Source: Hyphomicrobiales bacterium | GTDB taxonomy: Bacteria > Pseudomonadota > Alphaproteobacteria > Rhizobiales > Xanthobacteraceae | DNA: 64,000 nucleotides | Direction: 5' to 3' | Assembly (NCBI GenBank): GCA_003169835.1 | Contig: PNAI01000034.1 | Span: 4,982-68,981 of the forward strand | Part shown: one piece after another, positions 55,772 through 64,000 of the stretch | Numbering within the stretch: the stretch's first letter is position 1 | Layout of the letters: each line of letters begins with the position of its first letter | Program-made: the position numbers and the translations under genes | Notes under the pieces: model-generated | What the model was told of the DNA's origin: nothing | The model's input: only the letters and a program-made list of their open reading frames with translations | Databases searched by the model: none

Positions 55772-56737
55772 TTATTTCGCGCTGATAACTCGCACCGGCT
55801 TGCCATCCATCCAGCCCCGGATATTTTCCACGATATCGGGGAAGTAGCCGGCGTAATTTTGTTGGCTGACGTAACCGAGATGGGGGGTCATCACCACGTT
55901 GTCGAGCTTGCGGAAAGGGTGGTCGGTCGGCAGCGGCTCGACGTCGAACACGTCGAGGCCGGCGCCGGCGATCTTCTTGTTGCGCAGCGCGTCGATCAGC
56001 GCCTTCTCGTCGATGATCGGACCGCGTGAAGTATTGACGATGTAGGCGGAAGGCTTCATCAGACCGAGCTCGTTCGCGCTCACAAGGGCACGCGTGCGCT
56101 GGCTAAGCTGAACGTGGATCGTCAAGAAGTCGGAGTTGCGGAACAGGTCCTCCTTCGAGACATATTCGGCACCGACCTCCTTACACCGTTCTGGCGTGAG
56201 ATTTTGGCTCCAGGCGATCACCTTCATGCCGAACGACTTGCCGACGCCGGCAGCGCGCGCGCCGAGCTTGCCGAGGCCGAGGATGCCGAGCGTCTTGCCC
56301 TCAATGTCCATGCCGAGAGTGAGTTGCCATTTCTCGCCGGCTTTCATGCGCGCATTTTCCCAGCCAATCCGGCGCGTCAGCTCGAGCATCAGGCCGAAGG
56401 CGATTCCGGTCGTTGGATTGCCGTAGCTGGTGGTGCCGCAGACGGTGATGCCGCGCTCGGCGCAGGCCGCCATGTCGATCGAGGCGTTGCGCGCGCCGGT
56501 AGTAATGAGCAGTTTGAGGTCGGGCAGCGCCTCGATGACCTGTCGCGGAAACGGCGTGCGCTCGCGCATCATCGAAACGACCTGGAAGCTTTTGCAGTCG
56601 CGGATAGTGTCCTCAGACGTGCGTTGGACAGGATCGTTATAGACCTTGATCTCGGCGTCCTTGCCCAGCTTTGACCAGTCGGCGAGCTTGAGCGCGACAT
56701 TCTGATAGTCATCGAGGATCGCAATACGAACTGCCAT
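55772..56737 (-). CDS. D-isomer-specific 2-hydroxyacid dehydrogenase family protein
   Basis: LGILGLGKLGARAA NAD fold, plus …NTSRGPIIDE… and …MTPHLGYVS. Confidence 0.85.
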   Translation of the reverse strand: MAVRIAILDDYQNVALKLADWSKLGKDAEIKVYNDPVQRTSEDTIRDCKSFQVVSMMRERTPFPRQVIEALPDLKLLITTGARNASIDMAACAERGITVCGTTSYGNPTTGIAFGLMLELTRRIGWENARMKAGEKWQLTLGMDIEGKTLGILGLGKLGARAAGVGKSFGMKVIAWSQNLTPERCKEVGAEYVSKEDLFRNSDFLTIHVQLSQRTRALVSANELGLMKPSAYIVNTSRGPIIDEKALIDALRNKKIAGAGLDVFDVEPLPTDHPFRKLDNVVMTPHLGYVSQQNYAGYFPDIVENIRGWMDGKPVRVISAK

Positions 56738-56761
56738 GGCCTGTCCCGCCCCTTAACGGTC

Positions 56762-56785
56762 CGGCCGGCCCGACGGGGCCGGCCG
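56762..56785. other. 10-bp all-GC hairpin (CGGCCGGCCC-GACG-GGGCCGGCCG) nested in a TTAACGG/CCGTTAA inverted repeat
   Basis: Read directly. It lies 25 nt upstream of the 56737 start codon on the minus strand. There is no adjacent T-tract. Confidence 0.5.
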
Positions 56786-56905
56786 ATCATTCCGTTAACC
56801 GTATCAGCCATGGTGGATGAAACAAGAGAGCACCCGCGCGTGTGCACGGATGGCAGGTCTGCTCTGGAAGCTGGATAACGCGAAGCCGGAAAGCGTGTTG
56901 CCGGC

Positions 56906-57067
56906 TCAAACTTGCGGCAGGTCGCCTTTAGCTCTGCAACGTGGGCCGGGGCCGCGCATATAGTGCTGCTCGGGTCGGTATGCGTCGAACCATCGGGTCG
57001 CCACCGCGCGCCGATACTCCACGAACGCCCACAACAAATTCAAGATCTTGGTCTTTACTCTGACCAT
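56906..57067 (-). CDS. Candidate 53-codon sORF (MVRVKTKILNLLWAFVEYRRAVATRWFDAYRPEQHYMRGPGPRCRAKGDLPQV), below the 60-aa cut-off of the ORF track
   Basis: Hand translation. Protein-like composition. The YRPE.HYMRGPGP motif matches a small conserved alphaproteobacterial protein that I recall (unverified). An alternative GTG start is at 57070. Confidence 0.45.
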   Translation of the reverse strand: MVRVKTKILNLLWAFVEYRRAVATRWFDAYRPEQHYMRGPGPRCRAKGDLPQV

Positions 57068-57293
57068 CACGCTCTCCCGACGGCTCGTTGGCCGTTGAAC
57101 GAGGGCTTGATCCTTGATCGTGTCGAGGAGCGCCAGCGTTCGGGAGAGATGTTTGACCTAAATTCAATAAAATAAGTTTCTTATTTGCAATCCTCAGCAA
57201 TCTTTCCGTTGTCAACCTTATCTAGGCGTTATTGCGTACGAACAAGGGTGGTTAACATCTTGAAATTAACCGGTGGCGCGAGCGAAATCGGCG

Positions 57294-57764
57294 CTATATT
57301 AAGGCGTCGCCGTTTTCCGACATTTTTTTCAGCAGCTCTGAAATCTTTCCAAGCATCTTCGACAACCGGTCCATGGTCATCTGCAACCGCAAAGATTCAA
57401 GATCGCTCAGTGCCACGAGCAGGTTGAGCTGATCGCGTTGCTTCTGCGCATAGTTTTCGTAGACCTCGTAGGAATACATTGCAGCATCAAGCCGCGATCG
57501 CGTGAGTTTTAATTCCGCCGAGTCGGTTGGTTTGACTGATGCAAATTTTCCGGTCGTCGCCTTGAGCGCCGTGTATTGATTTTTGATGTCTTGAAAACGA
57601 GCCGCGAGCACCGACTTGGAAAGTGTTACTCGTGCCGGCTGCGTCACCGGCGGTGCAACGTGCATCCGCGGTATTTCCGCAGTCTGTTGCGCTCGCGCTT
57701 GCGACGAATAGGCCGCGAGGCTGACAAGAATGGCCAGCGCCACAATCAAATTTGTTAACGCCAA
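57294..57764 (-). CDS. Secreted alpha-helical hypothetical protein (156 aa)
   Basis: Hydrophobic N-terminus …LIVALAILVSLAAYSSQARA. Amphipathic helices (…LESLRLQMTMDRLSKMLGKISELLKKMSE…). TTG start, so the N-terminus is uncertain. Confidence 0.5.
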   Translation of the reverse strand: MALTNLIVALAILVSLAAYSSQARAQQTAEIPRMHVAPPVTQPARVTLSKSVLAARFQDIKNQYTALKATTGKFASVKPTDSAELKLTRSRLDAAMYSYEVYENYAQKQRDQLNLLVALSDLESLRLQMTMDRLSKMLGKISELLKKMSENGDALI

Positions 57765-57933
57765 AACACGTTACTCCAAACGCAACGCTGACCACACTAA
57801 TACAGCCAAGCCTGACCGGCAATATCGGCAAGCCGGCCGACCAGCAGACCGAGCTTGCGGCGCCGTCGCCGCAACGCTACATAAGCGCCGACTTTCCCCA
57901 TAAGGCGTGCACGCCCGAAAGGCCTAGGCAGCG

Positions 57934-59586
<1,653 letters not shown>

Positions 59587-59595
59587 AACTTTGCT

Positions 59596-60921
59596 ATGCT
59601 CCGCCAGACCGGAGCGCCTTTGTTTGCCAGATTTGATATGAGAAACGAGCGAGCATCGCATCGTGGTCATTGGCTGCGATCTTGCCTGAATGCGCGGGTC
59701 GCGATGGTTTTGGTCCTGGCGTTGGCGGCACTGATGCTGCCTAGAGCTTCGCTCGCCGCCGACCCGGCGTTTCAAACATTCCTCGAGATACTCTGGCATG
59801 ACGCCCAGGCCAATGGGGTTTCGCGCGCGACATTTGACGAAGCAGTGCGTGGTCTTGAGCCGGATTACTCGCTACCCGATTTGATTATTCCCGGCCAGCC
59901 TGAGAGATCGGAACCGGGCCAGGCGGAATTCGTCCAGACGCCCGCGAATTATCTCAAAGAAACGAGCTTCACGCGCCTTGCCGCACAAGGAAAAAAGCTC
60001 GCCGAACAGCACCGCGCGACACTTACCAAGATCGAGCAGAAATTCGGTGTTCCGGGCAATATCGTGCTGGCGATCTGGGGTCGCGAGACCTCCTACGGCG
60101 GTTATCGTCTGCCCTTGGACGCCATCCGCACGCTCGCAACGCAGACTTATATCGGCCGGCGCAAGGACGTTTTCCGCGTCGAGTTCCTGACCGCGCTCCG
60201 CATGCTGCAGGATGGCGTTCCGCGCGCTCAGATGCGCTCATCCTGGGGTGGCGCGCTTGGGCTGACGCAATTTTTGCCGTCGGAGTTTTACAAATACGCG
60301 ATCGATTTCGACGGCGATGGGAAGATAGACATCTGGACTTCCGTTCCCGATGCGCTTGCCTCCGCTGCCAAGCAACTTGCGGGCAAGGGCTGGCAGCGCG
60401 GCAAGACCTGGGCGGTCGAAGTGCGCGTGCCGGCGAACATCGATTGCACCATCGCCGACCCGGACAATCTGAAGTCGCTCCAGGAATGGCTGCGGGCCGG
60501 ATACATCCCGGCGCATGGCGGCATCATGTCGCCGCAACAGCTTGCGGAGTCCGCCTCGCTGTTGATGCCGGCAGGCACCTACGGATCGGCCTTTCTGGTT
60601 TTCAAAAATTACTACGTCATCAAGGATTACAATTTCTCCGACCTTTACGTGCTGTTTGTCGGCCACCTCGCCGACCGCATCGCGGGCGAGCAGCCATTCA
60701 GAGTGTCATGGCAGCCTGTGGTGCAGCTTCACACCAAGCAGCTCGAGGAAATACAGCGCCGCCTAAGTGCGCTCGGACTTTACAAGGACAAGATCGACGG
60801 CAAGGCCGGCATGCGCACGCGGCTCGCGCTCGGCGCTTACCAGAAGGCCAATGGGCTCAAGCTCGATTGCTGGCCTACAATCGCGGTGCTCTCGCACATG
60901 CAGAGCAAGACCGGAAACTGA
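59596..60921 (+). CDS. Lytic murein transglycosylase (MltB/SLT_2 family) with a C-terminal peptidoglycan-binding domain
   Basis: …LAIWGRETSYGGY…SWGGALGLTQFLPSEF… catalytic region. PG_binding_1-like tail (LSALGLYKDKIDGKAGMRTRLALGAYQ). The real start may be at 59638 or 59704. Confidence 0.85.
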   Translation: MLRQTGAPLFARFDMRNERASHRGHWLRSCLNARVAMVLVLALAALMLPRASLAADPAFQTFLEILWHDAQANGVSRATFDEAVRGLEPDYSLPDLIIPGQPERSEPGQAEFVQTPANYLKETSFTRLAAQGKKLAEQHRATLTKIEQKFGVPGNIVLAIWGRETSYGGYRLPLDAIRTLATQTYIGRRKDVFRVEFLTALRMLQDGVPRAQMRSSWGGALGLTQFLPSEFYKYAIDFDGDGKIDIWTSVPDALASAAKQLAGKGWQRGKTWAVEVRVPANIDCTIADPDNLKSLQEWLRAGYIPAHGGIMSPQQLAESASLLMPAGTYGSAFLVFKNYYVIKDYNFSDLYVLFVGHLADRIAGEQPFRVSWQPVVQLHTKQLEEIQRRLSALGLYKDKIDGKAGMRTRLALGAYQKANGLKLDCWPTIAVLSHMQSKTGN

Positions 60922-60936
60922 ATGAGCGCAACCAAA

Positions 60937-60966
60937 TAAAAACCCGGCAGTGCAAGCACTGCCGGG
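60937..60966 (-). terminator. Rho-independent terminator for the 60995..61318 gene (may also stop the convergent mltB-like gene)
   Basis: 10-bp stem CCCGGCAGTG / CACTGCCGGG with a CAAG loop. On the minus strand it is followed by TTTTTATTT. Confidence 0.75.
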
Positions 60967-60994
60967 TCAAAACAAACTCAGATCAGGCTGTCGC

Positions 60995-61318
60995 TCAGTA
61001 CTGCGGGCAGAAGTACCGCGGGCGGCTGTAGTTGACGACATTGCCGAAGCGATCGATGATCGGCCGACGTGCCCAGTATCCGCCGGGGCAAGCATACGGA
61101 GCCGGGGCGTAATAAGCCGGATACGGGTCATAGCCCGTGACCGGGTAATAGCTGCGCGGATAGGCGTACGCACCGGCGATCGCACTGCCGACAACTACGC
61201 CGCCAAGAATGCCGAGTCCAATGCCGCAACCGCGGCAGCGTGCGTCGGCCGTAGTCGGTGCTAGCGTCGCGGTCGCAAGCACCGCGGTGGTGGCGAGAGC
61301 AAGCAGAGCTTTCTTCAT
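60995..61318 (-). CDS. Small secreted glycine-zipper protein (107 aa)
   Basis: RBS AGGAGA. Signal peptide MKKALLALATTAVLATATLAPTTADA. GIGLGILGGVVVGSAIAG zipper and a Tyr/Pro-rich tail. Confidence 0.7.
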   Translation of the reverse strand: MKKALLALATTAVLATATLAPTTADARCRGCGIGLGILGGVVVGSAIAGAYAYPRSYYPVTGYDPYPAYYAPAPYACPGGYWARRPIIDRFGNVVNYSRPRYFCPQY

Positions 61319-61562
61319 GGGTCGTCTCCTATATTCCGGTCGGCTGAGCGCCGATTACGGGAATCTGTATTTAGCAAACGAAATAATAGTCCTTCTGGTT
61401 CCGCGAGGAAATAGGCCAGAGCATTTTGTCGAAAATTTGATGGCCATTGTCGAGTTTTCTCAGAAAATATGGAGAAATTGTAATCTCGGTGTAAGCAAAA
61501 CCCGGCGCTTTGCAGTCGCCAAACGCCCGGTTTATGAGCCTAAACTGTCAATTTGTTCAGCT

Positions 61563-61853
61563 TCAGCAGATCAGTTGCACACGCGAATGCGCGTCTTGCG
61601 CCAATAGTAGCCATCCCAAACCCGCTGGCGCGCCCAAGCAGCCGGGCGAGCCTGGTCCGTAGTAGGCCGGCGCGGGCTGATTATACGTGCCGTTGTTCGC
61701 CGCAGCCGCAGATCCGATCATCGCGCCGATGGCAAGTCCGCCGATCACACCGGCGGCGACCGCGCTGCTATTTTCCGCCTTCGCGCTCGTCGGCATGACC
61801 AATGCTGCAATGGCGAGACAAGCCGCAGCGCACAAAACAAACGTCCTCTTCAT
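61563..61853 (-). CDS. Small secreted glycine-zipper protein, paralogous to 60995..61318; the C-terminus is probably frameshifted
   Basis: RBS AAGGAGA. Signal peptide MKRTFVLCAAACLAIAALVMPTSAKA. AAGVIGGLAIGAMIGSAAA zipper. A more natural tail is encoded in the +1 frame (see findings). Confidence 0.6.
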   Translation of the reverse strand: MKRTFVLCAAACLAIAALVMPTSAKAENSSAVAAGVIGGLAIGAMIGSAAAANNGTYNQPAPAYYGPGSPGCLGAPAGLGWLLLAQDAHSRVQLIC

Positions 61854-62075
61854 GGCGTCTCCTTGCGTCCATTCGCTGGTGTATGGGCGAGCGTTTATCT
61901 TGCTAAGGAGATTCGCACGTCAGGGCTGAACGACAGCTGAACATTCGGAGATGTACGTACAACGTCGACAAACAGCCGCAATTGTTACCAAAAATAAGTA
62001 GGGCGCATCCGCAAAAATTGACGAGAAATTGAGTCGCATTTTAGTGATATTGGCGGCCCCGACGTGTCCGATGGA

Positions 62076-62672
62076 CTATTTCGTCATCACGAGGCTTCCG
62101 TAAAAATGATATTTGGCCTTCGGGCCCCACATCACCAGCATCCAATGGGTGAAGTCGTTTGCGCTGGTACAGTTATTGCCGCCGCCTTGTAGGATGAGTG
62201 TCAGCGTTTGACCGGCACCCAAGCCCGCCGCAAAGACGCCCGTACCCGCGGCCTTTGAGGTCAGCCGCCATTCCTTGTAGAGACGTGGTGCGCGCGAGCT
62301 GTCCGGCTGATTGCGCGGATCGACGCGAAGGAGCGAGATCGTTTTCGGTTGTGTCAGCGTCAGTGTTCCCGAACGGCTCGCCTCGTCGCGAAACGCAAAT
62401 ACGATCCGGCCATTTTTCCAGGCGGCTTCCAGATCGTATTTTTCCGAGGCTGTCGTGATCCCTTTCACCGTGTCCGGCTCGGCTTCGCCCAAGAACAGCA
62501 CAGCCGTGCGCTCAAAGCGCAATTGCTCGAGTTCTTCGACGTAGCTTTTCTCGAGCTTCATCACGATGTCGGAACGTTCACCAGTGTTGCTGCAGCACGC
62601 GCAGGCAAGCGCGCTCTGCCAAGCCGCCCCCGCGAGCAACGTTGTGCAAGACACTAATACCAGTTGTCGCAT
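62076..62672 (-). CDS. Secreted hypothetical protein (198 aa)
   Basis: Start refined to the ATG at 62672 (MRQLVLVSCTTLLAGAAWQSALA…). The upstream part of the 373-aa ORF overlaps the LLM gene in another frame and is not protein-like. Confidence 0.6.
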   Translation of the reverse strand: MRQLVLVSCTTLLAGAAWQSALACACCSNTGERSDIVMKLEKSYVEELEQLRFERTAVLFLGEAEPDTVKGITTASEKYDLEAAWKNGRIVFAFRDEASRSGTLTLTQPKTISLLRVDPRNQPDSSRAPRLYKEWRLTSKAAGTGVFAAGLGAGQTLTLILQGGGNNCTSANDFTHWMLVMWGPKAKYHFYGSLVMTK

Positions 62673-62703
62673 CGAAATCGTGGCTCGCCTCGATTTTAGT
62701 CGA

Positions 62704-64000
62704 TCAGAAAAAGCGGTTTTCCGGCCGTGGCAGTCCAAGATTTTCTCGTAACGTATTGCCCTCGTACTCGCGCCGAAACCGCCCACGCCGCTGCAACTCG
62801 GGCACGACGCCATTGACGAAGTCGTCGAGACCGCCGGGCAGGTAGGGGAACATGATGGTGAAGCCATCGCTCGCCTCGGTTTCAATCCATTCCTCCATCT
62901 CGTCGGCAATGGTCTTGGGCGTGCCGACCATGGCCAAGCCGGAATATCCGCCGAGCCGTTGCGCGAGCTGACGTACCGTGAGGTTCTCGCGCTTCGCCAA
63001 GGCGATCGCCCGTTCGCGGCCGCTTTTGGAGGCGTTGCTTTCGGGAATCTTCGGCAGCGGTCCGTCGGGATCGAATTTCGACGCGTCATGGCCAATCGCG
63101 ATTGAGAGCGAGGCAATCGAGTTGGCGTAGTTGACCAGACTGTCGAGTTTTGCCCGCTTGGCACGGGCCTCTTCGATCGTTTCGCCCACCACGACAAAAC
63201 AGGCGGGCAAGATTTTCATGTGCGCGCGCTTGCGGCCGAGCTTGTCCATCCGGCCCTTCACGTCGGCATAGAATTGCCGCCCGACCTCGATGCTCGACTG
63301 CGCGGTGAACACCGCTTCTGCAGTCTCCGACGCAAGCCGCCTGCCGGCATCCGACGCGCCAGCCTGCACGATCACCGGCCAGCCCTGGATCGGCCGCGCG
63401 ATATTGAGCGGGCCGCGCACGGAGAGATGCTCGCCCTTGTGATTGAGCACATGCATTTTTGCCGGATCGAAAAAGATGCCGTTTTCGACGTCGCGCACGA
63501 ACGCATCATCCGCCCAGCTGTCCCACAAGCCCGTCACCACATCGTAGAACTCGCGTGCGCGATGGTAGCGCTCGCCGTGCTCCATATGCTCGTCCATTCC
63601 GAAATTCAGCGCCGCGTCGGGGTTCGAGGTGGTCACGATGTTCCAGCCGGCGCGTCCGCCGCTGATGTGATCGAGCGAGGCGAAACGCCGTGCGATGTGA
63701 TAGGGCGCATCGAACGTGGTTGAGCCGGTGGCGACAAGACCGATGTGCGTTGTGGCCTGCGACAATGCCGAGAGCAGTGTGAACGGTTCGAACGAGGTCG
63801 AGGTATGGCTACGTTTGAGCGCATCCATCGGCATATTGAGCACCGCCATATGATCGGCCATGAAGAAGGCGTCGAATTTAGCCGCCTCCAGCGTCTGGAT
63901 GCAGCGCTTGATATGCACGAAATTGAAATTCATGTCCGGCCAGGCGCCAGGATAGCGCCAAGCGCCGGTGTGAATGCTGGCCGGCCGCATGAACGCACCG
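62704..64000 (-). CDS. LLM-class flavin-dependent monooxygenase (NtaA/SnaA/DszA family), N-terminus probably beyond the window
   Basis: …HTGAWRYPGAW…FFMADHMAV…GRAGWNIVTS… family pattern. The frame stays open upstream of the ATG at 63990 to the window edge (…GAF-MRPASIHTGAWR). Confidence 0.85.
   Translation of the reverse strand, partial: GAFMRPASIHTGAWRYPGAWPDMNFNFVHIKRCIQTLEAAKFDAFFMADHMAVLNMPMDALKRSHTSTSFEPFTLLSALSQATTHIGLVATGSTTFDAPYHIARRFASLDHISGGRAGWNIVTTSNPDAALNFGMDEHMEHGERYHRAREFYDVVTGLWDSWADDAFVRDVENGIFFDPAKMHVLNHKGEHLSVRGPLNIARPIQGWPVIVQAGASDAGRRLASETAEAVFTAQSSIEVGRQFYADVKGRMDKLGRKRAHMKILPACFVVVGETIEEARAKRAKLDSLVNYANSIASLSIAIGHDASKFDPDGPLPKIPESNASKSGRERAIALAKRENLTVRQLAQRLGGYSGLAMVGTPKTIADEMEEWIETEASDGFTIMFPYLPGGLDDFVNGVVPELQRRGRFRREYEGNTLRENLGLPRPENRFF

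Noticed and set aside
61480-61545. Possible terminator hairpin downstream of the 61563 gene (AAAACCCGGCG…CGCCCGGTTT)
   Set aside because: The arms are not truly complementary (CCCGGCG against CGCCCGG), so pairing needs bulges. I cannot support it without a folding calculation.
62076-63197. The full 373-aa ORF taken as one protein
   Set aside because: The N-terminal 175 aa overlap the LLM monooxygenase gene in a different frame and are Ser/Arg/Pro-rich. The real gene most likely starts at 62672 with a signal peptide.

Overview
This is a 64-kb high-GC chromosomal segment. Hand-counted 60-nt lines are mostly about 60-68% GC. It looks alphaproteobacterial, probably Rhizobiales or Bradyrhizobiaceae-like, judging from a long-form PyrE, many orphan Bug/TctC binding proteins and an MHYT chemoreceptor. 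That taxonomic call is inference, not a search result. I support about 62 CDS. Almost all are solute-uptake genes (two NitT/TauT-type and one Fe3+/polyamine-type ABC system, 7 orphan Bug/TctC binding proteins, 1 DctP-like protein) or hydrolase/oxidoreductase genes. The latter include 4 M20 amidohydrolases, M24, creatininase, 2 NodB-type deacetylases, 3 Gfo/Idh/MocA, 3 D-2-hydroxyacid dehydrogenases plus a DpaA-like protein, an IorAB-type Mo-hydroxylase, an acyl-CoA dehydrogenase, an LLM monooxygenase and others. Housekeeping genes ettA, pyrE, idi and a lytic transglycosylase are also present. By eye I saw no rRNA, tRNA, CRISPR array, transposase or integrase. I also saw no canonical transcription factor outside one small cassette. 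Many long ORFs in the track are antisense shadows typical of high-GC DNA, and I rejected them. The most unusual element is a cassette of about 2 kb at about 11.29-13.29 kb, wedged between two ABC operons, whose third gene is low-GC and which has no recombinase. It carries two overlapping small DNA-binding-like genes and a 2-TM membrane protein of unknown family. It is bracketed by a 23/24 inverted repeat, iterated AAATTCCCTG decamers and a 10-nt direct repeat. This is my best candidate for an undescribed (defence, toxin-antitoxin or exclusion-like) system. Other points worth a second look:
- A DpaA + DapA + flavoprotein set interleaved with an ABC importer (a possible reverse-dipicolinate route).
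- A doubly disrupted GST pseudogene.
- A leaderless DctP-like protein.
- A bacterial endostatin/DUF1554-like secreted protein in an AT-rich islet.
- An MHYT-PAS-MCP receptor.
- An unannotated 53-codon sORF.
- A pair of glycine-zipper small proteins, one apparently frameshifted.
Start codons were refined by hand where stated. All family assignments rest on motif recognition and were not checked against databases.
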